64,000 nt of DNA from Bacteroidota bacterium (GCA_947447155.1 CANFIN010000001.1:2371-66370); one strand, 5' to 3'; shown: positions 48,232-57,401, counted from the stretch's first letter. Numbers and translations are program-made. Notes: generated by a model not told the origin, from the letters alone.

Positions 48232-49395
48232 GTAAGCCATTAATCCTGCACCTATTTTAAGCGAATCTTCTTCAATATCGAAAGTAGGAGTGTGCACACT
48301 ACTAATTATTCCTTTGGATTCATTTCGTGTTCCAAGGCGATAAAAACAAGCAGGTGCTACTTGAGAGTAGAATGAGAAGTCTTCTGCTGCCATCCATATA
48401 TCTAAGTCCAAAACATTTTCTGATCCTAAATAATCAATCGCATTGTTTTTTGCTTTAGCTGTTAACTCTTCATCGTTAATCAATGCAGGATATCCTTTTC
48501 TGATTTCGAATTCTAGTTGACCTCCCATTGATTGCACTAATTGATGAGCTAAATCTAACATGTGCTGATGCGCTTCAGTTCTCCATTGCTCATTTAATGT
48601 TCGAAATGTGCCTTCAATATAAACCTCATTAGGAATTACGTTCGTTGCGCCATTAGCAATAACTTTTCCAAATGATAAAACGCTTGGCATAGTAGGGTTC
48701 GTAACTCTACTTACAATTTGTTGCATTGCTACTATCAAATGTGATGTTATAAGAACTGGGTCGATATTTAAATGAGGCATAGCACCATGACCACCTTTCC
48801 CTTTTACTTTTAAATATAGTTCATCGGTACTTGCCATATAAATTCCACTTCTAAAACCAACCTTCCCAGAGGATATGAGTGGCATTACATGCTGACCAAT
48901 TACACTTAATGGTCTAGGGTTTTCTAATGCACCTTCTTTAATCATCAATGAAGCACCGCCTGGAAGCTTTTCTTCTCCGGGTTGAAAAATTAATTTTATT
49001 GAACCATCAAAATTTTCTTTTAATTCGTTTAGTATTGAAGCAGCTCCTAGTAGTGATGCAGTGTGTGCATCATGTCCGCATGCGTGCATTACTCCGTTAT
49101 TTTTCGATTTATAATCATTGCTGTTTTCCTCTTGAATTGGTAGAGCATCCATGTCTGCACGTAATGCTACGACTTTCCCATTATCTTTTTTTCCTTTGAT
49201 AATTCCTACCAATCCTGTTCCGGCAATATTATCTTGAAATGAAACTCCCATCTCTTTTAATTTAGTTGCTACAAATTTTGCCGTTTCAAATTCCTGAAAT
49301 GATAATTCAGGATTCATGTGAAGATGTCTTCTAATCGAAACGACTTCATTATAATTTTGAGTTGCAATTTTTTTAATTAATTCAGGATTTATCAT
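48208..49395 (-). CDS. M20/M20D-family amidohydrolase (N-acyl-amino-acid amidohydrolase-like)
   Basis: MHACGHDAHT metal-binding motif, FQPGEE, GGHGA. 395 aa. Confidence 0.8.
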   Translation of the reverse strand: MINPELIKKIATQNYNEVVSIRRHLHMNPELSFQEFETAKFVATKLKEMGVSFQDNIAGTGLVGIIKGKKDNGKVVALRADMDALPIQEENSNDYKSKNNGVMHACGHDAHTASLLGAASILNELKENFDGSIKLIFQPGEEKLPGGASLMIKEGALENPRPLSVIGQHVMPLISSGKVGFRSGIYMASTDELYLKVKGKGGHGAMPHLNIDPVLITSHLIVAMQQIVSRVTNPTMPSVLSFGKVIANGATNVIPNEVYIEGTFRTLNEQWRTEAHQHMLDLAHQLVQSMGGQLEFEIRKGYPALINDEELTAKAKNNAIDYLGSENVLDLDIWMAAEDFSFYSQVAPACFYRLGTRNESKGIISSVHTPTFDIEEDSLKIGAGLMAYLAIKELQ

Positions 49396-49407
49396 GAATG
49401 TATTTTT

Positions 49408-52400
49408 TTAAAAATCTAAACCAAGTGAGAAATAAAATAAGCGAGGCTGTTTAACTCCATCATCAATACCCCAGGCCCAGTCGGCGCGAACAAAATATCC
49501 GAGAATTCTTGAACGTAAACCAAATCCGTAACCACCAACTAACGGCTCAATATTTTTTGTAACAGTTATGCTAATTGGATTGCCAGGATAATCTGCTTTA
49601 AACAAAGAATTGTTTTTTGCATAGGGCGATGATCCTGTCCAAGCAGTTCCGATATCACCAAAGCCAACAATTTGAAAATTCCGGAAGAAATCAGTTCTTA
49701 TCGGCTTATGAGTTAAATATTGAAAAACAGGAAATCTGATTTCACTATTGATTAAGGCAAAGCTATTTCCATTTCTAATGTTTTGCGTAAATCCCCGAAG
49801 ATTAGAGGCTACAGTTTGAAAGGCATAATTTTGCGAATAATCAATTTGAATATTTTCATTGAAATTATTTACTGGGGAAAAACAATTATCGGTAGAACCT
49901 AAATAATAAATTAGTTTGTCATTTCCGAATGATGTACTTGCGGCAAATCGATTAGCCCATATAATTTGACGATGTATTTTTTTATAAAAACGAAAATCCA
50001 TTCCTAGAACAGTTAAATCAGATTTGCTTCTGTCCATTTGATCAAAATACTCTGCAAATAATTTATAACGAAGGCCATTGTACAAATTAAGCCCTGTACT
50101 TATCGTGTTATCATGAACAAATTCTAATCTCGAACTTACCCAATTTTCATGTTCATTAGGAGCCAATAAATTTGCAATATCAGTACTAAGGTTAACAATT
50201 CGATCATTTCTAAAAGACGCAGACCATCTTAATGAACTCAAGTCGTTAAAAGGATAACGAAGAGAATAGCGAATGTTGTGAGTGTTGATTTTATAATAAT
50301 CGAAAGAGTATACTTCTTCTCTTGATTGGCGATAAAAACTCCACTGCTGATCAGTTTGATGTTTTAGATTTTCGTAACTCAAATAATATTCATTACTATT
50401 TAAATTTCCGGAAAGTTTAACTCCTCCAACTAAACGATAATCATCCATTAAATCATTTAGTCCTACTTTGAATAGCCCATTTAATCCTGGGTCAAAATAT
50501 ACAGCTCCCCCAGTAAATGTTTGATAGGTTTCGTTTATTAAAGAATTGTCGAGTTGGGTAAGCACATAAGTAGGAGCGAAAGCAATTTCATAATTTCTTT
50601 GCTTAGGCATTTGATAAAAAGTACTGTCCGCAACCAGGGTTATCGTCGAATCAGAATTCGTTTTCGGGTCAAATGAAAGCTGATTTTTATTGTTGGTTGT
50701 TTTATTCTTTTTAGGAAAATCAGTAATAAATGAATTTGATGAATGAAAAGTGCTAGAGTCAGTAATTATGATATTGTCTTTTAATGAGGGGCTAACATCG
50801 ATTATTACATTAACATCTTTTTGCCTTTCTTTCGGTATGTTTTCTTTGTCAAGATGCTTCCGCTGTGTTGTCTTATTTAAGGAAGTAATATTTTGATTTA
50901 ATAATGATGAATTGTCATTTAGAAATAAACGAAAACGAGAATTTGTAAAGTCAAGAAAAATATTTTTTGTTTTATTATTATTAACATCCTGTTTAAGAAT
51001 ATCATTTTTAAAGTTGCTAATGGATGTTTGATTAATAATGTATTTGTAGTGGATGCTTGTATCAATAAAAGCAATAGTACTATCTAGCGTAGCAAGTTGT
51101 CTGTTTCTTACACCTGAAGCATCGCTGATAAACATAAAGTGATAGTTATCTATCATCAACGGCTCTGTTTCATTTACTAATGGAGTATTAGTTAATTGAA
51201 TTAATTTGGGCGAAAAGTTTAAACAATCGTATAAAAACAAATCCGATGTTTTTGAAGTGAAAATTTCTTCTTTTTGTTTTAAACTGGTTGTTTTTAATGA
51301 GTCGTTATAACGAGTAGATTGAAATACTATATATTGATCATTCATTACAAATTTTGCAGCGCCATCATCCCATCTGTCATTGGTTATTTGTCTGGTAAAT
51401 TTAGTGCGAGGATTGAAAATAAAAATATCTGACTGTCCTTTTTGAACTCCGGTTAAAACAATATCATTACCATTAGAAGAGTATGAAAAATCTAGTACTT
51501 TATCAAAGTAATAAAATTTGCTGGATGTATGTTTTGTTTTTCTTCCTAGCTCGAAATAGTCTAGGCGATATTTCCCTTTTTTCTCATAAATAGAAGTCAG
51601 GTATTTACCAGAGGGATGCCAGCCAATTACCGGGTTTGTTTCGTCGATAATTGTGTTTTCGTGTTTGAATCCACCTTTAAATATTTTCTTCTTCTTCTTC
51701 TTAATAACGTCGTAAATAAATAATTTATATTTTCCATTATTATTTTCTACGAAGGCAACAGAATTGCCATCTGGACTGATTTTTAATTGTGTTATATTTT
51801 GAGTTTTCTTTTTGAAAACAACAGTTGGTTTTTGAGTGTTTTTAATGAAAAGCGAATCGTCGTTTTGATACACCTTAGTGTAATAATCCTTCCAATTGTT
51901 ATTTAGTTGTTTTAATGATGAACCAATTACATAGATGAATCCTCCTTCGATGTTTTTATTTACTCGCGACATGTAAATTAAATTTGAAATAGTGCTTGGA
52001 CCGTAGCGCATAACAACAAAATTCCACAACGATTGCCCTGCTAGTGTACTATTTATATCACATAATACATTAAAATTTTTAGTATTTTTTTCGTTAAGTA
52101 AATCTCTTAGTTTGTTATCACTTTCCAGAGGCCATCCTTTAGCTATATAGTTAATTAAACCTTGTATGTACCAATCAGGAAAATTAATTAAAGCAGCACT
52201 TTGCACTCTTTCTTTTATCGATCCTCCGTACAATAATTGGTTTATTAGAACTTGCGATACGCCAGCCCTTATCTGCTCTTTGAAATGTCTGTAATCACCA
52301 TCAAAGTAAACTAGAACTTTATTGCCAACAATTTTCGTTAATCCGCCAGTGTTAGTATTTAAATCTTCCGAGCCCAGGCCAATATTACTTTGTTCAAATT

Positions 52401-52698
52401 CTGTTAGCTTATTGAAAATAACAAATTGAAATCTTCCATTTATTTTGTAGTCAAATAACTGCTCTATTTCAGCAATTTCATCATCTGCAACTCTTCCTGT
52501 ATATTGTGCTAGCTCTTGCCCACCTAGGTAGTAATAGGTATCAAAGTTTTTAAAGCGATAAAATGTCCAAAGGAAATCAGAATATTGAACCCTGTTTTTG
52601 CCAAAACTCATTTGATACCCTCTGCTAAATTGGGCAAAAACATTTGAAGGTATGTTAACCAACAAAATAAGGAATAATATAAAAAAATGCTTTTTCAA
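49408..52698 (-). CDS. 1096-aa outer-membrane protein: N-terminal domain + TolB-like beta-propeller + C-terminal Omp85-like beta-barrel
   Basis: Signal peptide. Blades such as ISPDGNSVAFVENNNGKYKLFIYD and WHPSGKYLTSIYEKKGKYRL. C-terminal strands ending ...RLFYFSLGLDF. Confidence 0.55.
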   Translation of the reverse strand: MKKHFFILFLILLVNIPSNVFAQFSRGYQMSFGKNRVQYSDFLWTFYRFKNFDTYYYLGGQELAQYTGRVADDEIAEIEQLFDYKINGRFQFVIFNKLTEFEQSNIGLGSEDLNTNTGGLTKIVGNKVLVYFDGDYRHFKEQIRAGVSQVLINQLLYGGSIKERVQSAALINFPDWYIQGLINYIAKGWPLESDNKLRDLLNEKNTKNFNVLCDINSTLAGQSLWNFVVMRYGPSTISNLIYMSRVNKNIEGGFIYVIGSSLKQLNNNWKDYYTKVYQNDDSLFIKNTQKPTVVFKKKTQNITQLKISPDGNSVAFVENNNGKYKLFIYDVIKKKKKKIFKGGFKHENTIIDETNPVIGWHPSGKYLTSIYEKKGKYRLDYFELGRKTKHTSSKFYYFDKVLDFSYSSNGNDIVLTGVQKGQSDIFIFNPRTKFTRQITNDRWDDGAAKFVMNDQYIVFQSTRYNDSLKTTSLKQKEEIFTSKTSDLFLYDCLNFSPKLIQLTNTPLVNETEPLMIDNYHFMFISDASGVRNRQLATLDSTIAFIDTSIHYKYIINQTSISNFKNDILKQDVNNNKTKNIFLDFTNSRFRLFLNDNSSLLNQNITSLNKTTQRKHLDKENIPKERQKDVNVIIDVSPSLKDNIIITDSSTFHSSNSFITDFPKKNKTTNNKNQLSFDPKTNSDSTITLVADSTFYQMPKQRNYEIAFAPTYVLTQLDNSLINETYQTFTGGAVYFDPGLNGLFKVGLNDLMDDYRLVGGVKLSGNLNSNEYYLSYENLKHQTDQQWSFYRQSREEVYSFDYYKINTHNIRYSLRYPFNDLSSLRWSASFRNDRIVNLSTDIANLLAPNEHENWVSSRLEFVHDNTISTGLNLYNGLRYKLFAEYFDQMDRSKSDLTVLGMDFRFYKKIHRQIIWANRFAASTSFGNDKLIYYLGSTDNCFSPVNNFNENIQIDYSQNYAFQTVASNLRGFTQNIRNGNSFALINSEIRFPVFQYLTHKPIRTDFFRNFQIVGFGDIGTAWTGSSPYAKNNSLFKADYPGNPISITVTKNIEPLVGGYGFGLRSRILGYFVRADWAWGIDDGVKQPRLFYFSLGLDF

Positions 52699-52784
52699 AT
52701 ATTGAAATTAAAATACTATGCGAATTTAATGAAATTGTCTGCTAATTGGTATGCTTCCTAAGAATAAAAATAAAGGTTTATTAC

Positions 52785-52792
52785 TACTTTTG
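52785..52792 (+). promoter_or_regulatory. Candidate -7 promoter box (TACTTTTG) for gldC
   Basis: Exact TAnnTTTG match ending 22 nt upstream of the gldC ATG (52815). Confidence 0.4.
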
Positions 52793-52814
52793 TTGCATAG
52801 TTTAAAAACAGAAT

Positions 52815-53162
52815 ATGAATACAAATGATATTGTAAAAAAATCAGAAATAAGTATCAATGTTGGCTTAAATAACGAAAAACATCCTGTCAAGATTGAATG
52901 GTCGGCTCAAGATTCAGGATTGGATGGCAAAAAAGAGGCGAAAGCTATGATGCTTGCATTTTGGGATAAGATTGAGAAAAGCACTATGCGTATTGATTTA
53001 TGGACTACTGAAATGTCGGTAGAGGAAATGCAGTTTTTTGCTTATGAAACATTAAGAAGCATGGCCGACTCCTACGAGCGCGCAACGAGTGATAAAGAGC
53101 TCTCTAAAGAGATTAGGGAGTTTGCAAATAAATTTGGAAAAGCAGCAAAGGTGTTAAAGTAA
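52815..53162 (+). CDS. gldC: Gliding motility-associated protein GldC
   Basis: 115 aa. SEISINVGLNNEKHPVKIEWSA...EAKAMMLAFWD...MRIDLWT matches my recollection of the GldC family core. Confidence 0.7.
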   Translation: MNTNDIVKKSEISINVGLNNEKHPVKIEWSAQDSGLDGKKEAKAMMLAFWDKIEKSTMRIDLWTTEMSVEEMQFFAYETLRSMADSYERATSDKELSKEIREFANKFGKAAKVLK

Positions 53163-53741
53163 TTATAAAAGTTCATTTATATACTTTATCAATTCTTCCT
53201 TCCCTGTTCTGTCTGTAGCAGAGGTGACAAATATTGGAGGAAGCTCTTCCCAAAACTCTAAAAGTTTTGTAGAATAAGCATTTACTTTTTGTCTAACTTG
53301 ATTAGGTGTTAGCTTATCCGACTTTGTAAAGACAATTGAAAATGGGATGCCGTTTACTCCTAAAAACTCAATAAAATCCAGATCTTTCTTCTGTGGTTCT
53401 AGCCGAATATCAATTAGCGAGAAAGTATTTACTAGCTGCTTTCTATTCAGAAAATAAGATTTCATTAATGCTTCCCATTCAGCCCTTGTTGCTTGCGATA
53501 CCTTTGCAAAACCATATCCTGGTAAATCTACTAGGTGCCATTTTTCATTGATAATAAAGTGATTTATCGTTTGCGTTTTTCCTGGACTGCCAGAGGTTTT
53601 GGCTAATCCTTTTACCGCAGTAATCATATTTATCAAAGATGATTTCCCAACATTGCTTCGTCCAATAAAAGCAAATTCTGGGATTTCTAATGAGGGAAGC
53701 TGGCTTAATTGAACTGAGCTTTTAACAAATAGTGCTTTCAT
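53163..53741 (-). CDS. engB: Ribosome-biogenesis GTPase EngB/YsxC
   Basis: G1 GRSNVGKSSLIN, G3 DLPGYG, G4 TKSDK. 192 aa. Confidence 0.9.
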   Translation of the reverse strand: MKALFVKSSVQLSQLPSLEIPEFAFIGRSNVGKSSLINMITAVKGLAKTSGSPGKTQTINHFIINEKWHLVDLPGYGFAKVSQATRAEWEALMKSYFLNRKQLVNTFSLIDIRLEPQKKDLDFIEFLGVNGIPFSIVFTKSDKLTPNQVRQKVNAYSTKLLEFWEELPPIFVTSATDRTGKEELIKYINELL

Positions 53742-53747
53742 TCAATT

Positions 53748-54680
53748 TTATTTTCCTTTAGTGTAAGTGCTGATATGTCTACCAACTTTTGATTCATACA
53801 TATCTTTTAATGTTACTAAAATTCCTGTCTCTTCTACATCGCCAAAGTGTTCATTTAATGCAGTGCCGAATGATCGCATTGTAGGCGAAAGATTCATATA
53901 TGAATTAATTAATGGAGGTATGTTCTCGCCAAGTGCTCGTACTTTAGTGTTCAAAATTTTGTGAGCCTCTTTATATTCAAGATTTTTTATTTCATTCATA
54001 AAAGAGCTTACATCATTTGTAACGGGTAAAGCATGAATAGGAGTAACTAATTGTTCAGCGTCGTTGAAATAATGCTGTAAAAATGCAAGTATATAATCTC
54101 TTGCAACTAAATTAAAATGACGATACATAGTAACTTTTCCGAAAAAGTATTTGATGTCTGGATTTTCAATAACTAATGCACCAAGCCCGTCCCACAAATT
54201 ATCAAGTGAAAATAAACCTCTTCGGTTTTCTGGACGAGGTTGATATTTAGGTTGAACGAATGATCTTCCTAGTTCAATAGTATAAGGTAAAAACTCTTTC
54301 TTGAATTTTTCTGAAAAGGTAAAAAGTTCGGTTGTTGCCAACAATAAAGAGCCATTTTCATCAATTCCAGCATCTCCACATCGAATATAACGATATCCAC
54401 CTACGATTTCATTTTCATCAGGATTCCAAACCACTAATTGATTATAACAACTTTTACAAGTATCAAGTTCATCTAAATCGCAGTCTAAACCTGTTCCTCC
54501 TCCGGCTTCTCTAAAAGTTAGCTCTCTAAGTCGACCAATTTCTCTGAGCGTATTAGGTGCATTATGAATATTGACATCATAAATTTGATTTGATCCATTA
54601 TTGGTAGACCTTAAAAATGTCTTATCATTTAACTCTGAATGGAGTAGTGACAATGCAACAGGTTCAATCAATGGTTTCAT
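53748..54680 (-). CDS. GNAT-fold N-acyltransferase of the OlsB/GlsB (hemolysin-like, N-acyl amino acid synthase) type
   Basis: 310 aa. RLRELTFREAGGGTG and the following acyl-transferase core resemble OlsB/GlsB-type enzymes. It is paired with a PlsC-like acyltransferase. Confidence 0.6.
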   Translation of the reverse strand: MKPLIEPVALSLLHSELNDKTFLRSTNNGSNQIYDVNIHNAPNTLREIGRLRELTFREAGGGTGLDCDLDELDTCKSCYNQLVVWNPDENEIVGGYRYIRCGDAGIDENGSLLLATTELFTFSEKFKKEFLPYTIELGRSFVQPKYQPRPENRRGLFSLDNLWDGLGALVIENPDIKYFFGKVTMYRHFNLVARDYILAFLQHYFNDAEQLVTPIHALPVTNDVSSFMNEIKNLEYKEAHKILNTKVRALGENIPPLINSYMNLSPTMRSFGTALNEHFGDVEETGILVTLKDMYESKVGRHISTYTKGK

Positions 54681-54719
54681 TTTTCAGGCAACTAAATTGT
54701 ATTCAAAGATAGCCAAAAA

Positions 54720-55574
54720 CTATTCGCCATTAAAATTGGCTTCTGATAATTTAGTGTTGTTTTGATAGATAAACTCTTTGACATATTGTGCCCATTCAAA
54801 GTCAGATTTTGAATCATCAAATTGAGCAGGATTAATAGGCTTACCAAATGTAATATGAATTGGTTTTCCTTTTTGGTGATACATCTCATCCATTAAGTAA
54901 AGCATCTCAATATTTGCTTTAATTCCTAATGATGTTCGCATTCGTGAAAGATTATAAAAGAACGAAGTGTTTTCTCCTGTAATATGTACAGGAATTACAT
55001 TTCTCTCAAACTTCTTCGATTTGACAACAAAACTTTTTTTCCATTCAAGATCTTTAATAACTCCCTTGTTTTGTTTTCTTGATACCATTCCTGCAGGAAA
55101 AATCAATACTAATTGATCAGAGATGTATTGCTTATCTATTAGGTCTAATGTCGATACTGGATTTTTCCCGTGCTTATTTACACCAATGAATTCTTTTTCG
55201 AAATTTTTTAGGCTCAATAGAATATCATTTACAATAAACTTTATGTCTTTTCTTTTTGTTCCGACAGCTTGTATAAGAGCAATTGCATCAATTCCTCCTA
55301 GTGGGTGGTTTGAAGCGATAATAGCTCCTCCATTTTCCGGTATGTTTTCAATCCCGCTAAATGTTGCAATCGGGCCAAAATCGTGGATGATTGCATCAGC
55401 AAATTCGAATGAGTTTTTATGTCCGTTTTTTCGGATAAAATCATTCACAAAATCTTGATGTACAATTCGCTTTAAATACTTCAGGATAAAGCTTGGTAAA
55501 ATCTTTAATAGTTTGGGATTCTTGTTTGCAATAATATCCTCAACATTGATAAAGTCATTCTTGGACGCGCTCAT
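54720..55574 (-). CDS. Lysophospholipid (PlsC-family) O-acyltransferase, GlsA-like
   Basis: SNHPLGGIDA acyltransferase His/Asp motif and IFPAGMVSR motif. ATG 55574 (MSASKNDF) is preferred over the TTG at 55583. Confidence 0.6.
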   Translation of the reverse strand: MSASKNDFINVEDIIANKNPKLLKILPSFILKYLKRIVHQDFVNDFIRKNGHKNSFEFADAIIHDFGPIATFSGIENIPENGGAIIASNHPLGGIDAIALIQAVGTKRKDIKFIVNDILLSLKNFEKEFIGVNKHGKNPVSTLDLIDKQYISDQLVLIFPAGMVSRKQNKGVIKDLEWKKSFVVKSKKFERNVIPVHITGENTSFFYNLSRMRTSLGIKANIEMLYLMDEMYHQKGKPIHITFGKPINPAQFDDSKSDFEWAQYVKEFIYQNNTKLSEANFNGE

Positions 55575-55631
55575 AGTTTGCAAAAGTAATTATGTTATCT
55601 GTTTAGCAAACTTTTAGTGTAAGATGCTTTA

Positions 55632-55647
55632 GTGTGACAAAGTGGGA
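55632..55647 (+). promoter_or_regulatory. Distal pair of MraZ-box-like direct repeats (GTGTGAcaaaGTGGGA)
   Basis: Two hexamers at a 10-bp pitch with the same sequence and orientation as the proximal array. Confidence 0.35.
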
Positions 55648-55958
55648 AACAATAGATTTTTATAATTTCTACTATTTGGCATGTTAGTCTCGCTAAATCA
55701 GCTATTTATGTTGCAAAAGCACAAAAATGATCTAGCAATTTTGTTGATTGAGTATCGCCTTTTAGTTTCAACTGGATTGAAGGATTCCCTGCTTTTTTTA
55801 ATTACACAGTGGCCTCAATCGTCAATTAATTTTTCTGTAAAACAAACAAAAACAATAGATTACAAAAATATTAAGGCCTGCTTGCCTTGTTTCGTCACTT
55901 TTAGAGGCTTTATTTTAGTTGTATGATAATCAGTACTATATGCAAAGTTTTTAACAAA

Positions 55959-56024
55959 GTGGGAGAAAGTGGTAAAATGTGGGAAAAAATCATTTATTTT
56001 ACATCCTAACCACGTATAGTGGGA
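55959..56024 (+). promoter_or_regulatory. Putative MraZ operator: GTGGGA-n4-GTGGTA-n4-GTGGGA plus an in-phase fourth GTGGGA
   Basis: Boxes at 55959, 55969 and 55979 (exact 10-bp pitch) and at 56019 (40 bp further), immediately upstream of the mraZ ATG 56039. The TGGGN-n5 geometry matches that reported for E. coli MraZ. Confidence 0.6.
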
Positions 56025-56038
56025 AAAACTCAAAAGGC

Positions 56039-56515
56039 ATGACACAATTTTTAGGAGAATTCGATTGTAAGCTAGACGCTAAAGGGCGCTTGAGTTTACC
56101 GTCTACGATCCGTAAAAAAGTTTCTCCAGAGGCACAAGAAAAATTTGTAGTCAATAGGGGATATGAAAATTGTTTGCATTTGTATCCAATGGATGAGTGG
56201 TTAAAGGTGAGCGCGGAGGTGAATAAGCTAAATCTGGATGTTAAAGACAATCGCCTATACGCTCGTTATTTTTTCAGGGGGGCAACCGAAATAGAATTAG
56301 ACGCTGCAGGTCGAATATTGTTACCAAAGACATTGTGCGAACATGCAGGAATCGACAAAGAAGTTGTGTTGTCAGCCTTCGGTTCGAAAATAGAAATATG
56401 GTCTAAGGATAAATACAAAGAAATGATTGCAAATGAGCCAGATGATATTTCCGACTTAGGCGAAAAAGTAATGGGTAAAATAAATAAGGGTGGAGAAGAA
56501 GGTGGAGTATCATGA
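56039..56515 (+). CDS. mraZ: Transcriptional regulator MraZ
   Basis: Start at ATG 56039 (MTQFLGEFDCKLDAKGRLSLPSTIRKK). Duplicated SpoVT/AbrB-like halves (second: DAAGRILLPKTL). Confidence 0.9.
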   Translation: MTQFLGEFDCKLDAKGRLSLPSTIRKKVSPEAQEKFVVNRGYENCLHLYPMDEWLKVSAEVNKLNLDVKDNRLYARYFFRGATEIELDAAGRILLPKTLCEHAGIDKEVVLSAFGSKIEIWSKDKYKEMIANEPDDISDLGEKVMGKINKGGEEGGVS

Positions 56516-57401
56516 GCCAGTAATGTTGGCTGAGTGTATTGAAGGGCTCAATATTCAAGAGGGGGGTGTATATGTAGATGTAACATTTGGTGGAGGCGGT
56601 CATTCGAGAGGAATTTTAAATGTTTTGAAGGGAGGAAAGTTAATTGCATTTGATCAGGACCTGGACGCATTGCTTAATGCACCAGATGATAAAAGATTTC
56701 AATTGATTAATAAAAATTTTAGCGAATTGAAATCTGCTTTAAATGCGATTGGGGTCTTTGAAATAGATGGTTTACTTGCTGATCTGGGTGTCTCTTCGCA
56801 TCAATTTGATGAAGGGTCCAGAGGATTTTCGATTCGGTTTAATTCGAAGCTTGATATGAGAATGGATCAGCGAATTGGTATAACGGCTGAGGATATACTC
56901 AATGATTATGATCAAAGACAGTTAACATTTTTGTTCAGAGAGTATGGCGAATTAAGAATAGCCCATAGAATAGCTGGAATTATAGTAAGTGAGAGAAAGA
57001 AAAAGAGAATTGAAACTGTAGAAGATTTGAAGGAAGCGGTGAGTTCTTGTGCGCCTAAGTTTAAAGAGCATACATTTTATGCACAGTTGTTTCAAGCAAT
57101 AAGAATAGAAGTAAACCAAGAGTTAAAAGTATTAGAAGATATGTTGGTACAAGCAGTTGAATTGCTTAAACCAACTGGAAGACTGGTAGTAATGAGTTAT
57201 CATTCTTTAGAAGACAGAATAGTAAAAAATATTGTAAATAAGGGAAGTGTAGAAGGTGAGATTCAAAAGGATTTTTTTGGAAATGTAATAGGAGTTCCTT
57301 TAAAAGCAATTAACAAAAAGCCAATTGAAGCTAGCGAAGCAGAAATAAAAAGAAATACACGATCACGAAGTGCTAAATTAAGAATTGCCGAAAAAAAATG
57401 A
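56490..57401 (+). CDS. rsmH: 16S rRNA (cytosine1402-N4)-methyltransferase RsmH
   Basis: YHEPVML N-terminus, SAM motif VDVTFGGGGHS, SYHSLEDR. GTG start overlapping the mraZ end; the exact start is uncertain. Confidence 0.9.
   Translation: MEKKVEYHEPVMLAECIEGLNIQEGGVYVDVTFGGGGHSRGILNVLKGGKLIAFDQDLDALLNAPDDKRFQLINKNFSELKSALNAIGVFEIDGLLADLGVSSHQFDEGSRGFSIRFNSKLDMRMDQRIGITAEDILNDYDQRQLTFLFREYGELRIAHRIAGIIVSERKKKRIETVEDLKEAVSSCAPKFKEHTFYAQLFQAIRIEVNQELKVLEDMLVQAVELLKPTGRLVVMSYHSLEDRIVKNIVNKGSVEGEIQKDFFGNVIGVPLKAINKKPIEASEAEIKRNTRSRSAKLRIAEKK

Noticed and set aside
55123-55458. Longer antisense ORFs inside real genes (e.g. 55123-55458, 38548-38823, 45205-45486, 26655-26918, 57586-57900).
   Set aside because: All are fully nested antisense to well-supported genes and have hydrophobic or low-complexity translations typical of the antisense frame of AT-rich coding DNA. 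Nothing supports them independently.
55581-55588. TACTTTTG box on the minus strand 6 nt upstream of the acyltransferase ATG (55574) as its promoter, which would imply a leaderless mRNA.
   Set aside because: It is an exact TAnnTTTG match, but the spacing would put the TSS on or next to the start codon and the box overlaps the alternative TTG start. This is too ambiguous to list as a feature without TSS data.
55681-56045. Small ORFs (81 aa plus strand, 61 aa minus strand) in the long dcw leader.
   Set aside because: They overlap each other and the MraZ-box array, have low-complexity hydrophobic composition, and have no promoter or start context. The region is better explained as regulatory DNA. 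An sRNA cannot be excluded but I see no convincing structure or terminator.
56490-56515. The 26-nt overlap between mraZ and rsmH as a possible frameshift or fusion.
   Set aside because: Both proteins are complete with canonical termini. The overlap depends on choosing GTG 56490; GTG 56502 shortens it but still overlaps. Small overlaps are the norm across this cluster.
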